Positions 20,801 through 31,627 are shown, counted from the stretch's first letter. The stretch is 64,000 bases of DNA from Candidatus Eiseniibacteriota bacterium (GCA_963823555.1 CAWGMA010000004.1:384001-448000), one strand, 5' to 3'. Notes: generated by a model from the sequence alone, not told the origin. Numbers and translations: made by a program.

Positions 20801-20942
20801 CTCCGGCTATCGTGCGCTGTGGGCCTACGTCGATTTCGTGCGCACGTTCGGGCTCTCGACCTGGGTCACGGATCAGGATCAGCTCGAGCAGCTCCTCCCC
20901 AAGCCGACCGGAATCGGGCGCTGGATGCGGAACGCGATCTAG
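17886..20942 (+). CDS. Large exported phospholipase D / cardiolipin-synthase-fold protein with beta-strand-rich N-terminal region
   Basis: HRKIAFYD (HxKx4D) followed by Cls-like GVGEHY...WDD...RGPA. Second half has AALRG, HLK and GSHNQNYRS. Signal-peptide-like N-terminus. Confidence 0.7.
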   Translation: MNGTSLGRRSAGAVCILLLMAFAAQGIVLADEGWVPPEEPDTKSMGFPRHWRPSVGAMLDWERRGPGSELGGEIHGAIYKDLINPATNVAGITGEGYATWVDDDTDGGLRLFLSSPAAMFHLGLDYSFGNDQVDFVFSLTPAFRRGGLFGLGDHLRIDWYPERDHSFMFGFGIPLEKNMGKTRPKAKKVTLPKKSGSPSDEIELAADVQNALENLDHAARWVQVYTAPFLDLEMGTDEKRLAAIQERIDAAKAHYHQQGDLYPAGHTAAAERAVYHQELERAFALAGAGDAAAHVAAEARAILLDQVFVPYNRLLGQRKERDSLLGYAADAERDFAAWLETTPEIAANKRPALAQVFHQVVRILDDCRELTHKRWEDSRLVWMSLDLVLQPEDHDSQGELDALLAKVVDEPFSDANDILYLKNELFQIELAKGVLAARDYHVLWIHDYRGLNAIKEPDRVAFLQTVQVYLRALTERVREFDQTKQLASYFIFLDQMYYEANQGQLWLALLADPLHHEVDLPEGYEDWEAEIESAQESLRAAVDSSAALSAGRELYGDDWLRNRVSVHVNITNPADVSFRSDDLAKYINFAPDLVMRDHRKIAFYDISELDPGRGAAIFTGEGVGEHYAGPTWDDRAMLVRGPAILGLKEAARDLLRSQGFKAEEIPAPFRAQALPDDYDLKLVALREKGWRATALQVHNVTGFGPKAATVAKAAQYNLMPAGSFLMIPDSLWNSTLWGSMLCGAALRGCQVAVVCPSLTNAPSDGLPQMSRTTELYTRFLLINREFGDELRAAGGSLHTGIYDHDVASGDHARSMRMLSENLARNAFLRQAFPFDDEVIAGLAAMADTLDAMGYSERHLAEDVLERKPKLHLKVQFMATREVIPNLAPRPEWLDFLREYTMVHVQQVEERGMPVDARGIREAIREPATALIENWWQGLTNEEREHAALYMTIGSHNQNYRSVIMDGEVLVAVSGYRALWAYVDFVRTFGLSTWVTDQDQLEQLLPKPTGIGRWMRNAI

Positions 20943-20964
20943 GTCGGGCCAGGAGCGAAGGCCG

Positions 20965-22284
20965 ATGTACTCATTCCCGCGGCGCCTCATCCTGCCCGCT
21001 GCGTTCCTCGCGGGTCTCCTCCTCGGCGCACTCCCTGCGCCGCCGGCGGCAGGCGGTGCGGGGTGGACCACGCTGCCCAATGCCCCGCCGGTGGGGGGGC
21101 ATGAGGACATCTTCTTCGTCAACCCCGATGTCGGCTGGGTGGTGAACGGGGCGGGAATGATCAATCGGACTACCGACGGCGGCGACAGCTGGGAGCTGCA
21201 GGATGACAAGCCGTCCTATCTGCGGAGCGTCGGCTTTGCGGACACGCTCACCGGCTGGGTGGGGAGCCTCGATGGCGTGCCGCTTCTCTATGCCACGACC
21301 GATGGCGGGGTGGCGTGGTCCCCGGTGCTCGATATCCCGGAACCCCAACCCACCGGGATCTGCGGTATCTGGGTCGTCAATCGATCGGTCGTCTATGCTT
21401 GCGGGAAATATAACGGCTCGTCGGCGCGCGTGATCAAAACCACGGACGGCGGATCGAGCTGGACATCCCAGGACCTGGTCCCGCTCGCCAACAGCCTCAT
21501 CGATTGCTTCTTCTTCGACGAGAATCACGGCTTCGTGGTGGGGGGGATCGGCCTCGGAGATGCCCGCCGGGCTGTGATCCTGGGCACCACCGATGGCGGC
21601 GCCACCTGGACCACGCGCCACACGACCGACCGCACCGCCGAGTGGTGCTGGAAGATCTCCTTTCCCACGGCGAGCGTGGGTTACGTCTCGATCGAGCGCT
21701 TCAACGGACCGACCTATTTCCTCAAGACCACTGACGGCGGCGAGACCTGGGAAGACCACCTCTTCAACAGCGCCTACATCGTGCAGGGCATCGGTTTCTC
21801 GACCCCCGACCTGGGCTGGATCGGTGGGCCGACCGGCCCCACCTACGAGAGCACCGACGGCGGCGAGACCTGGCAGCTGGCGGGGTTCGGCGTCCACATC
21901 AACCGCTTCCGCTTTCTCGGACCCTCGATCGGCTACGCCGCGGGCTCGACGGTGTACAAGTACACGACGAGCACCGGGATCGCCGGAGCGGCACCGCCGC
22001 CGCCGGAGCCCATCGAGCTCGCCCCGAACCATCCCAACCCGTTTCGGGGCTCGACCACGCTCTCCTACACGCTCCCTCGCGAGGCCGACGTCCGGATGAG
22101 CCTGGTCGACGTGCAGGGAAGATGGATCGCCACCCTGGTCGATGCCCATCGACAGGCGGGCACGCACGATGTGCGCTGGGACGGGCGGGACTCGAGCGGC
22201 CGTCCGGTAGGCGCCGGGATCTACTGGTACCGTCTGGAATCGGGTCGCCAGGTCGAGGCCCGGAAGCTGATGATCGTCAAGTAG
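20965..22284 (+). CDS. YCF48/BNR-repeat beta-propeller protein with FlgD-like C-terminal domain
   Basis: Six T/S-T-D-G-G-x-x-W repeats, signal peptide, and NHPNPF...WDGRD...GIYW tail. Confidence 0.85.
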   Translation: MYSFPRRLILPAAFLAGLLLGALPAPPAAGGAGWTTLPNAPPVGGHEDIFFVNPDVGWVVNGAGMINRTTDGGDSWELQDDKPSYLRSVGFADTLTGWVGSLDGVPLLYATTDGGVAWSPVLDIPEPQPTGICGIWVVNRSVVYACGKYNGSSARVIKTTDGGSSWTSQDLVPLANSLIDCFFFDENHGFVVGGIGLGDARRAVILGTTDGGATWTTRHTTDRTAEWCWKISFPTASVGYVSIERFNGPTYFLKTTDGGETWEDHLFNSAYIVQGIGFSTPDLGWIGGPTGPTYESTDGGETWQLAGFGVHINRFRFLGPSIGYAAGSTVYKYTTSTGIAGAAPPPPEPIELAPNHPNPFRGSTTLSYTLPREADVRMSLVDVQGRWIATLVDAHRQAGTHDVRWDGRDSSGRPVGAGIYWYRLESGRQVEARKLMIVK

Positions 22285-22521
22285 CCGAGCCGGCCTCGCG
22301 CGATGATCACCCGCCGCGGGCGTCCCTGGAGCACGGGGGAGCCTTGTTCGACCAGGTTCGTCCTCATCGGGTGAGATTGGACGCTCCGGAGAGGGCCAGG
22401 ATCCATGGCTCCGCCCCTGCCGGCTGGCACCCGGCGGCGATATGTTTCCGCGGAAACACCTGACTCCCGCGTCACCTGTTTCCGCGGAAGCGAGTTCCCG
22501 TAGCCAATCCGACCCTTGGCG

Positions 22522-22577
22522 AAAAGAAAGATCCCGGCCTGACGGGGCTGTGCCCAATCCGTTCAGGCCGGGATCTC
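22522..22577 (-). terminator. Intrinsic terminator downstream of the tRNA pair
   Basis: AGATCCCGGCCTGA / TCAGGCCGGGATCT inverted repeat followed by TTCTTTT on the minus strand. Confidence 0.75.
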
Positions 22578-22583
22578 TTCTGT

Positions 22584-22660
<77 letters not shown>

Positions 22661-22676
22661 TCAAGTAGGGAAACGG

Positions 22677-22705
22677 ACCCTACCGGGGGGCCCAGCTGGT
22701 GTCAA
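22677..22705 (-). promoter_or_regulatory. Sigma70-type promoter of tRNA-fMet
   Basis: TTGACA-N17-TAGGGT just upstream of the tRNA. Confidence 0.65.
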
Positions 22706-22768
22706 GGTGTGTTGCGGGACCGGGCCCCGAGCTCACCTTGATCGTCTTCCCTGGCAGTAAGTTAGTGC

Positions 22769-22858
22769 TGGCGGAGGGGGTGGGATTCGAACCCACGGTC
22801 CGCTTACGCGGACAACGGTTTTCGAGACCGCCCCGTTCGACCTCTCCGGCACCCCTCC
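22769..22858 (-). tRNA. tRNA-Ser (CGA)
   Basis: 90-nt cloverleaf with long variable arm, anticodon loop CT-CGA-AA, GGTTCGAATCC T-arm and encoded CCA. Confidence 0.95.
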
Positions 22859-23130
22859 AAGTGCGGATTGTATAACCGATTGCGCTCTCCGGTGCAATCG
22901 CCTGCACGGGCCGACCTATCTCCATGCGGGGCGAAGCCGGACGGTCCCCTCCTTTCGCCTGTGGCTCATCCAAGGTCCCGGCCGGCCGATAAGTCGAAGG
23001 GGTCCGGGCTCGCCCGGCCCCGAACCGCCGCCGGCGACCCGGGACCTGGGGCAGAGTTCTCCCCGCCGCACCTGCCCGCCGCTTTCGCCGGCCCACCTAG
23101 GGCACCCACTTGCGAGGCAGGGCAAGAACC

Positions 23131-24444
23131 ATGGCTCGTCCTCAGCCATCCCCTTGGGTTCCGATCCAGCAAGCCACCGAGACCGCCCGCGAGGCGATCG
23201 ATTCCGCCGCCCGCAGTCTCGCCGCGGGGCATCCCCGCGATGCGCTGCGTGCCGCCGGCTGGGCCTGGCACGAGCAGCGCTACCTGCGGGAGGCCTACGA
23301 GGTGGCCACCCGCGCCGCCAACGAGGTGGGGGAGGAGGAGATCGCCCGCGCGCTGAACGCGGTCCTCGGCCAGCCCCTGAGCGCCGGCATGTGGCTCCAG
23401 GCCGGATGGGCGCTCATCGATCAGGGCGCCAGCGATCTCGCCGTGCCGCTCCTCGAGGAGGCCTACCGCCTCGATCCGGAAAACCCGGAAGTGCGCGAGT
23501 CCCTCGTCATCGCCTACTCGGACGAGGGGCGCCATCATGATGTCGTGACGCTCGCGACCAGCATGACGCTTGCCGAGCGGCCGTCGCTCGCCTTCCCGCT
23601 GGCCTGGTCGGCGCTCATGACACGCCGCGCGGAAACCGCGGAACGCGCGCTCGCCATGCTCACCAAGGTGGCCGAGAAGACGCCCGAGCTCCGGGGCATC
23701 CAGGGCAAGGCATCCGCTGCGCTGGAGCGCTATCGCGCCTTTCCCCCGGCCGATGATGTTCGCCACTGGCACTACATTCAATATGGGGGGGTCACGCTCG
23801 ACGTGGCCTCCGATCTGGACCTGGCCGGGGGTCGCTACAATCTCATGAGCTTCACGCAGCCGCATGTGGCGAGCATTCTCCTGCGCCTGATCCGGGTCTG
23901 CGAGGTGCTGGAAGTGCCGCTCGGGCCCTGGGGCTTCGTCTCGCGCGATGGTGAGGTGATCGCGCGCACGCTGGGCCTCCTCACCAACACCCCGATCGTC
24001 TACGGCATTCCGGCCGAGGGCTGGCTTGTTCTCGGCGACCCACGCGAAGTCGATCCCAAGCGTCACCAGGGATTCAGCCCATCCGATCCGGCGCTACGCA
24101 CGTTCGCGCTCAGCTTTCCCTGGACCCACTGGGGACCGCGCGTGACCGACGTGACCGGGGCCTGGACGGAGCTGGCCGTGTTCCCGTGGAACGGTGGCTG
24201 GCGAAGCGCGGCCGGAGGGCGGATCGTTCGCGACGTCCCCATGGACCGGCGCCCGCCGGCGGAGATCGCCATCGATCTGGCCGCCGTGGCCGGGACCGTG
24301 CCTCCACTCGGCCAGGAGCTGGCCGACTTCGTCCTACCGCGGCGGAGCCTCCTCGTTCTGACACAGCGGAACGTGCTCCGCGGGTTGCCCTACGTGCCCG
24401 ACGCACCGCTTCCGGCGGCGTCGATGAACGGGATGCTCGAGTAG
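23131..24444 (+). CDS. Hypothetical protein with TPR-like N-terminal half
   Basis: Long ORF with host-like codon usage and TPR-like LAVPLLEEAYRLDPENPEVRESLVIAY. Confidence 0.6.
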   Translation: MARPQPSPWVPIQQATETAREAIDSAARSLAAGHPRDALRAAGWAWHEQRYLREAYEVATRAANEVGEEEIARALNAVLGQPLSAGMWLQAGWALIDQGASDLAVPLLEEAYRLDPENPEVRESLVIAYSDEGRHHDVVTLATSMTLAERPSLAFPLAWSALMTRRAETAERALAMLTKVAEKTPELRGIQGKASAALERYRAFPPADDVRHWHYIQYGGVTLDVASDLDLAGGRYNLMSFTQPHVASILLRLIRVCEVLEVPLGPWGFVSRDGEVIARTLGLLTNTPIVYGIPAEGWLVLGDPREVDPKRHQGFSPSDPALRTFALSFPWTHWGPRVTDVTGAWTELAVFPWNGGWRSAAGGRIVRDVPMDRRPPAEIAIDLAAVAGTVPPLGQELADFVLPRRSLLVLTQRNVLRGLPYVPDAPLPAASMNGMLE

Positions 24445-24462
24445 GGGACGAGCGCCCCCTCC

Positions 24463-25407
24463 CTAGAAGGTGAGGTACGCGCGCGCCGGCGGAGGCGTGG
24501 AGCGGATTCCGGTCAGCTCATGAGCAAAGGAGGCGAACGATACGTTCGTCACTCCTGCTGTTCCGGGCTCCGCGTGCTCAGCCTCGATCCTGGCCGTGTC
24601 CCCGTAGCGGACCATGTGCCCGGCCAGATCCGCGATATGCACGGCGCGGTTGGATGGAACCCCCGCCCTTTCGAGACGCTGTGCGTACTCCCGCTCGCTG
24701 ACCTCGACCGCTTCCACTTCGTGCCCCAGCGCCTCGGCCAGCACGAGGGCCATTTCCCCTGGAGTGAGCACTTCGGGGGCGACCAGGTTCATCGACTCGG
24801 CCCCGGTCGGTCCCCGCGCCAGCGCCATGAGCGCGGCGCTGGCCACATCGGAGGCGGCGACCAGGGGGAAGGGTGCGTCCACGGGGGCGGGAAGAGCGAG
24901 CGTGCCGCCCTCGATCTCCCCCCACAGGAGGGACAGGTTCTCCATGAGGAACGCCGTGCGCAGGAAGCTGTAATCGATCCCGGTGTCCGCCAGCTGTTGC
25001 TCGAACTCGGCCTTGGCGGAGACCACCGCACGGCGCGCCGCCGGCCCATGCTCCGCCCTGCCCGATGTCTCCTTCGCGCCGCCGGCCACTCCGAGCACGG
25101 AGAGGTAGACCACATGGTCGATGGTCGATCCGAGGTGAGCTTCGGCCACGGTCCGGCCCAGCTTCACCTCATCGGCGGGGTTCTCCAGGAGCGGTGTGGC
25201 AATGAAGCTCGCCAGTGCTTCGCGCAGGAAGAGGGCGAGACGATCGGATTCGAAGAGGCTGCCCTTGATGACCTGGACGCCGAGATCGATCAGGTGGTCG
25301 GCACGGAAGGGGGAGCGGCAGAGCACGCGCACAGGGTGGCCGCGGCGGCACAGGCGCGGCACCAGGAGGCCTGCGATCCGCCCGGCGGGGCACGTAACGG
25401 CAATCAT
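24463..25407 (-). CDS. NmrA-family NAD(P)-binding protein (atypical SDR)
   Basis: MIAVTCPAGRIAG degenerate Rossmann start, HVVYLS, LRTAFLMEN and VAASDVA. Confidence 0.8.
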   Translation of the reverse strand: MIAVTCPAGRIAGLLVPRLCRRGHPVRVLCRSPFRADHLIDLGVQVIKGSLFESDRLALFLREALASFIATPLLENPADEVKLGRTVAEAHLGSTIDHVVYLSVLGVAGGAKETSGRAEHGPAARRAVVSAKAEFEQQLADTGIDYSFLRTAFLMENLSLLWGEIEGGTLALPAPVDAPFPLVAASDVASAALMALARGPTGAESMNLVAPEVLTPGEMALVLAEALGHEVEAVEVSEREYAQRLERAGVPSNRAVHIADLAGHMVRYGDTARIEAEHAEPGTAGVTNVSFASFAHELTGIRSTPPPARAYLTF

Positions 25408-25636
25408 GCGTCCCCCCGTTCCGACTGCTCCCTGCAGTCGCGAGAGGCGAGCGGGCGCGCACCGCGGCCGGGATGGCCTTTTCAGGACGGCGGCACCCGT
25501 CCCGATCGAGAGCATGAAGTCCCGGGCAGGGCGTGGACTTCGATTCCACGCTACGCCCGCGGGCAGGGCTTGTCCAGCGGATTGGGGTTCCGCTGACCAT
25601 GAGGTGCGGGCTACCTCGGAGTCGATGACGTCGCGG

Positions 25637-26005
25637 CTACTTCTTCTTGCTGGCCGGCTGTAGCTCGCTGTAGATGTAGATCTCCTCGCCCTCGCGCGAG
25701 TACCCGTGGACCTCGCGCGCCACTTCCTCGACGGCCTCGCCGGATTCGAGCCGTTGGCGTTGGGTCTTCGATTGCTCGTGTTCGGCCTCGAGAGCGGCGA
25801 GCTCGGCCTCGAGCTGCGTCTTCTTGTGCTCGAGGCGCCAGACCGAGAAGAAGCCGCGCGGCGAGAAGACGAGTTCCCAGGCGAGGACACCGAGCACGAG
25901 CAGGAGGAGCCACTTGCGGATGGGGATGGGGGCCCGCCGGCGGTCCTCCGGGTGCCAGTAGTTGTTCTCACCCGGGAAGGAGCCCTGGTTGATCGGCTGT
26001 CCCAT
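25637..26005 (-). CDS. ftsB: Septum formation initiator (FtsB/DivIC family)
   Basis: One TM segment, coiled coil and VEEVAREVHGYSREGE. Lies directly downstream of eno, a common arrangement. Confidence 0.75.
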   Translation of the reverse strand: MGQPINQGSFPGENNYWHPEDRRRAPIPIRKWLLLLVLGVLAWELVFSPRGFFSVWRLEHKKTQLEAELAALEAEHEQSKTQRQRLESGEAVEEVAREVHGYSREGEEIYIYSELQPASKKK

Positions 26006-26065
26006 CGCGTTGCCCCTCTCTGCCGGTCGGGCCGCCCGCCGGCCTTCAAGTCGAAAGACGCGGTT

Positions 26066-27448
<1,383 letters not shown>

Positions 27449-27571
27449 TCATCCGATCATGCGGCGGACTGCCGGGGACCGGCAATGCTCGTCGGCTGCT
27501 TGTTGGGAAACGGTCGGCTCGCGCTGGCGAGCAGGTGGGGCACGGGCGGCGAGGTTGCTTGCCGCGACGGC

Positions 27572-27600
27572 ACGCTAGCGCGCTGGCCGGGCGGTGTCAA
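27572..27600 (-). promoter_or_regulatory. Sigma70-type promoter of eno-ftsB
   Basis: TTGACA-N17-TAGCGT about 125 bp upstream of eno. Confidence 0.6.
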
Positions 27601-27778
27601 GGTGAGCGCCACTCCCTGGCAGACGGCATGTCGAGGTCCGTCACGATGGGATAGAGCAGAGGGCGGCGAGACACCTGTTCCTTGGTTCCCGCCGCCCTCT
27701 CGTGCCGGTGGCGCGCGCTCGGTTGCCGGCGCTCGAGTCCCCCGGCAGGGGCGATGATCTCGCCTCGCTGGAGCCCTG

Positions 27779-28771
27779 CTAGCGCATCAGCTGGCGGCGC
27801 TCCGAGCGGGTCGGGATCCCGTACTTCTTGAGCTTGCGATACAGGGTCGCGCGGCCAATCCGGAGCTCGCGCGCCGCCCGCACCAGATTTCCGTTGTTGC
27901 CGTCGATGGCGGCCCGGATCGCTTCGTCTTCGATCTCCGACATGGTCCGTGGCCGGTGCCCGGCCGACGGCGTCTCGCGCAGCGGCGGCTGGAGAGCCAG
28001 TGGCAGGTTGTCCGAGTCGATCTCGACCTGGTCCGGCGGGGAGAGAAGACAGGCTCGCTCCAGAAGCGAGTGGAGCTCGGTCAGGTTCCCGGGCCAGTGG
28101 TAGGCGCGTAGCGCCGAGAGCGCATCGGGAGTCAATCGCCTGACCGTGAGGCCTTCGTGCGACGCGATTTCCTCGAGGATGGCCTGGGCGAACGCGTCGA
28201 GGGACTCGCGCTGCGCACGCAGCGGCGGGATCGCCACCTGCATCCTCCCCAGGGCTTGCCCGAGTGCCGGCAAGACGAGACCGCCGCGGACCAGGGCGGT
28301 GACGCCACTCTGGGACCAGGCCATGACGCGGGGGAAGGGAGTCACCGTCCGCAGCCCTTCGAGATGACGCAGATCGGTGCGCTGCAGGTAGGCGAGGATC
28401 TCCTCCTGATGCTCCGGCAAGAGGCGCTCGGGAGAGCAGAAGAACAGGGTGCCGCGGCCCTGGATGAGCTTCGGCGATCGGCCCGGCGCGCAGTCCTCGC
28501 GCTGAAAGGAACCGCTCTCGGTCGCCGCGTCGTGAATGACCTGTGCCAGCCAGGCCGCTCCCGTGCCGATCTCCCCGGTGATCCATAGCGGCTCGTGCGA
28601 TCGCGCGACCTTCTCGATCGCCTCCATCGCCCGCACCTCACGCGGCTCATTCTGGCCGGGAAGCGTCAGCATGACATGGAGCGGTCCCAGGAGACGGTAG
28701 AGATCCTGGTTCGACTCCTTGCGGCCCGGGTTGGCTCTCGTCTCCTTCTCGGTCAGTCCGGAAATCAGCAT
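27779..28771 (-). CDS. Degenerate sigma54-activator-like (bEBP AAA+/Fis-HTH) regulator
   Basis: Retains ITGEIGTG, PPLR, YHWPGN..EL and a Fis HTH (GNLVRAARELRIGRATLYRKL). Lacks the Walker A Lys, Walker B DE and GAFTGA. Confidence 0.75.
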   Translation of the reverse strand: MLISGLTEKETRANPGRKESNQDLYRLLGPLHVMLTLPGQNEPREVRAMEAIEKVARSHEPLWITGEIGTGAAWLAQVIHDAATESGSFQREDCAPGRSPKLIQGRGTLFFCSPERLLPEHQEEILAYLQRTDLRHLEGLRTVTPFPRVMAWSQSGVTALVRGGLVLPALGQALGRMQVAIPPLRAQRESLDAFAQAILEEIASHEGLTVRRLTPDALSALRAYHWPGNLTELHSLLERACLLSPPDQVEIDSDNLPLALQPPLRETPSAGHRPRTMSEIEDEAIRAAIDGNNGNLVRAARELRIGRATLYRKLKKYGIPTRSERRQLMR

Positions 28772-29219
28772 GGTTCCCTCCCAGGGCCGCTCCTCACCCG
28801 CGCCCCGGCCCACAGGCTGGGGGGGCTCGCCTGGCCCCGATCCTCAGGGTTCAATGTTCGGTTCTGGTCAAGCGGCAAGCCTGGTGAGGCCCAGGGCCGG
28901 CCCATGCCTCCGCCTCGCGTGGCCGCACCGGTCAGGCATTCCCAAGGGCGCAAGGAGGGAGGGCTGTGGATGGATCCCCCGCGGAAGCCTCGACGGTGCA
29001 GCGGGTCGGGTCACCGGCAGCCGGTCACCTGACCCAACTCATGTTTCGACCGGTGTGGAGATGTCCCTTAGGGAAACGTTCTTGATATGAGGCGGCACGA
29101 CTCGATTGGAGGCAGCTCGCGGAACCCCGGGCGGAGGGAGGATGCGGGGGAAAAACTGCGAGCGGCCGGGCCTGGGCACCGACCGCTCGCTCCGGGGGGA
29201 GAACCGGATGAAGGCGAAG

Positions 29220-29555
29220 TTAACGGAGGGAGTGTTTCGAGAGCTTGTAGCGCAGCGTGGCCTCCGGCACCTTCAGCGTGTCGGCCGCGACGGCGATGTT
29301 TCCCTTGGCCTGCTGCATGGCGGCCTGAATGAAGTACGACTCGACATGATCGAGGACTTCTCTCAGGCCGTAGCGCGGGCTTCCGGCCTCGATATCCAAT
29401 CGGTACTGCTCGAGGAGTCCGGCCAGCGAAGTGCGGAACGTCATCTCGCTGGTCACTTCGTCGACGAGGCGAAGTAGACGCTGATTGGTGTCGAGGGCAT
29501 CGCGGCTGGCCTTGTGCAGTTCCGCCGCCACTGATTGCAACGAACGTCGTTTCAT
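29220..29555 (-). CDS. Small Fis-type helix-turn-helix protein
   Basis: ESYFIQAAMQQAKGNIAVAADTLKVPEATLRYKL. Confidence 0.75.
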   Translation of the reverse strand: MKRRSLQSVAAELHKASRDALDTNQRLLRLVDEVTSEMTFRTSLAGLLEQYRLDIEAGSPRYGLREVLDHVESYFIQAAMQQAKGNIAVAADTLKVPEATLRYKLSKHSLR

Positions 29556-30075
29556 TTTCTCTCAGCTCGATTCTTCAGCGGGAATGTGGATTGTTCGTGC
29601 CGGCCAGCCGGCTCTCAACTGGTATATGGTAGCGCCGGATGGCGCCGGCCGCAAACCTGAAAATCCTGCGCCTGGGAGCCAACAGTGGCAGTCGGCGGTT
29701 GGCAGCAAGGATTTGAGGGCGGGGTGCTGGGCCCGGTCTGGGGGCCCGGCCTCGGGTCGTGCCGGGCCTCGGCGGTTGGCCCGTTTGGGGGGCCGCCCGG
29801 AACGCTCCTCGCGGCTCTCACCGGGCTCGACTGCCCCCTGGCTCGGGCGCCGGCCCGCCGGCCCGCGGGCGGGCCGGCCGCGGGTCGGCGGGTCCGGCAG
29901 CCGCCCCGCGGCCTCACCGCGGATCCCGCCGCGAGAGGAGCCATCCGAGCTGAGGGCCTTGGGAGGCACGGTAGCCGGCGGCCAACGCTTGACGCCTCCC
30001 CCTGGTATCGGGTTCTCTCCACCTCGTGCAGCGCATGCTATCGGCCTTTCATGGCCGGCGGTCGGCTCCCAGTCC

Positions 30076-30675
30076 ATGAGCGCATCTCAATCACCCTCCT
30101 CTCAGGATGATGCCCGTTTCATCGCGCGCGCCCTGGCCGGCGATGAAGCGGCATACAGCGAGCTTCTGACTCGCTATCGCGCCCGTGTCATGGGGCTGGC
30201 TCTGCGGATGGTGCAGAACTCCGATGACGCCGCCGATATCGCCCAGGAGGCATTCGTCCGGGCGTTTCAGTCCCTTGCGAACTTCGATGTCACCAAGTCG
30301 TTCGGAGCCTGGATCGCCAAGATCACGGCGAATCTGTGCATCGATCACTTCAGGCGGCGGCGCGTGCCGATCGTCTCCATGGATATGCCGTTCGACACAG
30401 AACGTGGTGAGCGCCCGCGCGAGTATCCCGATGAGCGCCCGATCGCCGACGAGATCGTCAGTCGCCACGAGGCCGAGCAACGACTCGATGCGATCATCGC
30501 CGCGCTCCCTCCCCGCTATCGCGTCGTGGTGCTGCTGCGCTACAAGCAAGACCTGGCCTATGAGGAGATCGCCGAGACCCTCGGCATCCCCCTCGGTACG
30601 GTGAAGGCGCGGCTCCACCGCGCCCATCACCTGCTCAAGCGGCGCCTGGCCGGGGTCCGGGAGGAAACGCCATGA
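30076..30675 (+). CDS. ECF RNA polymerase sigma factor
   Basis: DAADIAQEAF, FGAWIAKITANLCID and YEEIAETLGIPLGTVKARLHRA. Confidence 0.92.
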   Translation: MSASQSPSSQDDARFIARALAGDEAAYSELLTRYRARVMGLALRMVQNSDDAADIAQEAFVRAFQSLANFDVTKSFGAWIAKITANLCIDHFRRRRVPIVSMDMPFDTERGERPREYPDERPIADEIVSRHEAEQRLDAIIAALPPRYRVVVLLRYKQDLAYEEIAETLGIPLGTVKARLHRAHHLLKRRLAGVREETP

Positions 30676-30712
30676 CGCTCCGGAGCCCCGCGGCGTCCCG
30701 TTTCCAGGCAGG

Positions 30713-30774
30713 GGAACCGGGTGATTGGGGTCCGGCGTCGCGGCACCTGCAACCCGGGTCCCGGCCCCGGCGTA
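30713..30774 (+). promoter_or_regulatory. Two tandem ECF-type promoter motifs
   Basis: GGAACC-N17-CGTC at 30713-30739 and TGCAAC-N17-CGTA at 30748-30774. Confidence 0.45.
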
Positions 30775-30838
30775 TGGTGATGGTAGAAACGATGTTGATA
30801 GCCCCCAGGCTTCATAAGGGTGGAACCGAGCGTCGAAG

Positions 30839-31627
30839 ATGAGCTGTAAGTTGTGGAAAGAGAAGGCATTCGCCTACACTGAAGGCCTCCTGAGCGCCTC
30901 CGAGGCAAAGGCCTACCGCGAGCACATGGCCGGATGCGCCATTTGCAGCGCCGAGGTGACAGCCAGCCTGGGTCTCAGCCGGTCGCTCCGGGCCCTGCCT
31001 GATCCCGCTCTGAGCCGTGAGGCCGCGCGAGCCTTTGACGACGCCGTTCTGGCTCGAGTCAACACCTCCGCGTCCAGTTTGCCGGCGGCTGCCGCGGTGT
31101 CGCCTGAGAGCCGGGTGGCTCAGGTCCTGGCTCTGGCCGCTGCCAGGCGCGCTCGCCCTCGGGTTCCCATCGCGCCCGATGTGCGCTCGGAGGCTGCCCG
31201 CACCATTGCCGCTCGCAGTCGCCTGGCGGTGCGTCCGGCCTCGCCACCGGCTCCTTCCTTCATGCTGGCCTCGCTGGCCCTGGCTGCTCTCTCCATCGCC
31301 GTCACGGTCTTCTTCGGGGAGTGGATGGTCAGCACGATCGGCACCAGCCTCACCCTGGCGCTGGGTGCCCTGGGTGAGGGCGGCGGCTGGTTGGCCGAGG
31401 GAGTGGGAGCCCGGGTCATTGAACTCGTCGCCGTGTTTCGGGTCGTCCGTGTCCTGGCCGATGACGTCGGGCCTGTCTTCGATGGTGTACGTCAGCTGGC
31501 CAGTGTGCGGGGCTCCGAACTCATGGTGGTCTCCGTCCTCGCTGCTCTCTTGCTTGGCCTTGCCGGTTTCATCGTGCGCCGAGATCGATCGGTGGCGCGT
31601 GAGCGGACGCGTGGCGGCATGTCCTGA
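30839..31627 (+). CDS. Zinc-binding (zf-HC2) membrane anti-sigma factor
   Basis: HMAGCAIC (HxxxCxxC) near the N-terminus, C-terminal TM segments, follows the ECF sigma gene. Confidence 0.8.
   Translation: MSCKLWKEKAFAYTEGLLSASEAKAYREHMAGCAICSAEVTASLGLSRSLRALPDPALSREAARAFDDAVLARVNTSASSLPAAAAVSPESRVAQVLALAAARRARPRVPIAPDVRSEAARTIAARSRLAVRPASPPAPSFMLASLALAALSIAVTVFFGEWMVSTIGTSLTLALGALGEGGGWLAEGVGARVIELVAVFRVVRVLADDVGPVFDGVRQLASVRGSELMVVSVLAALLLGLAGFIVRRDRSVARERTRGGMS

Noticed and set aside
28772..30075. Sigma54 -24/-12 promoter or structured ncRNA in the spacers around the Fis-type genes
   Set aside because: The GG/GC candidates I checked lacked the correct spacing, and I could not support a conserved RNA fold by eye. 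An Rfam search would be needed.
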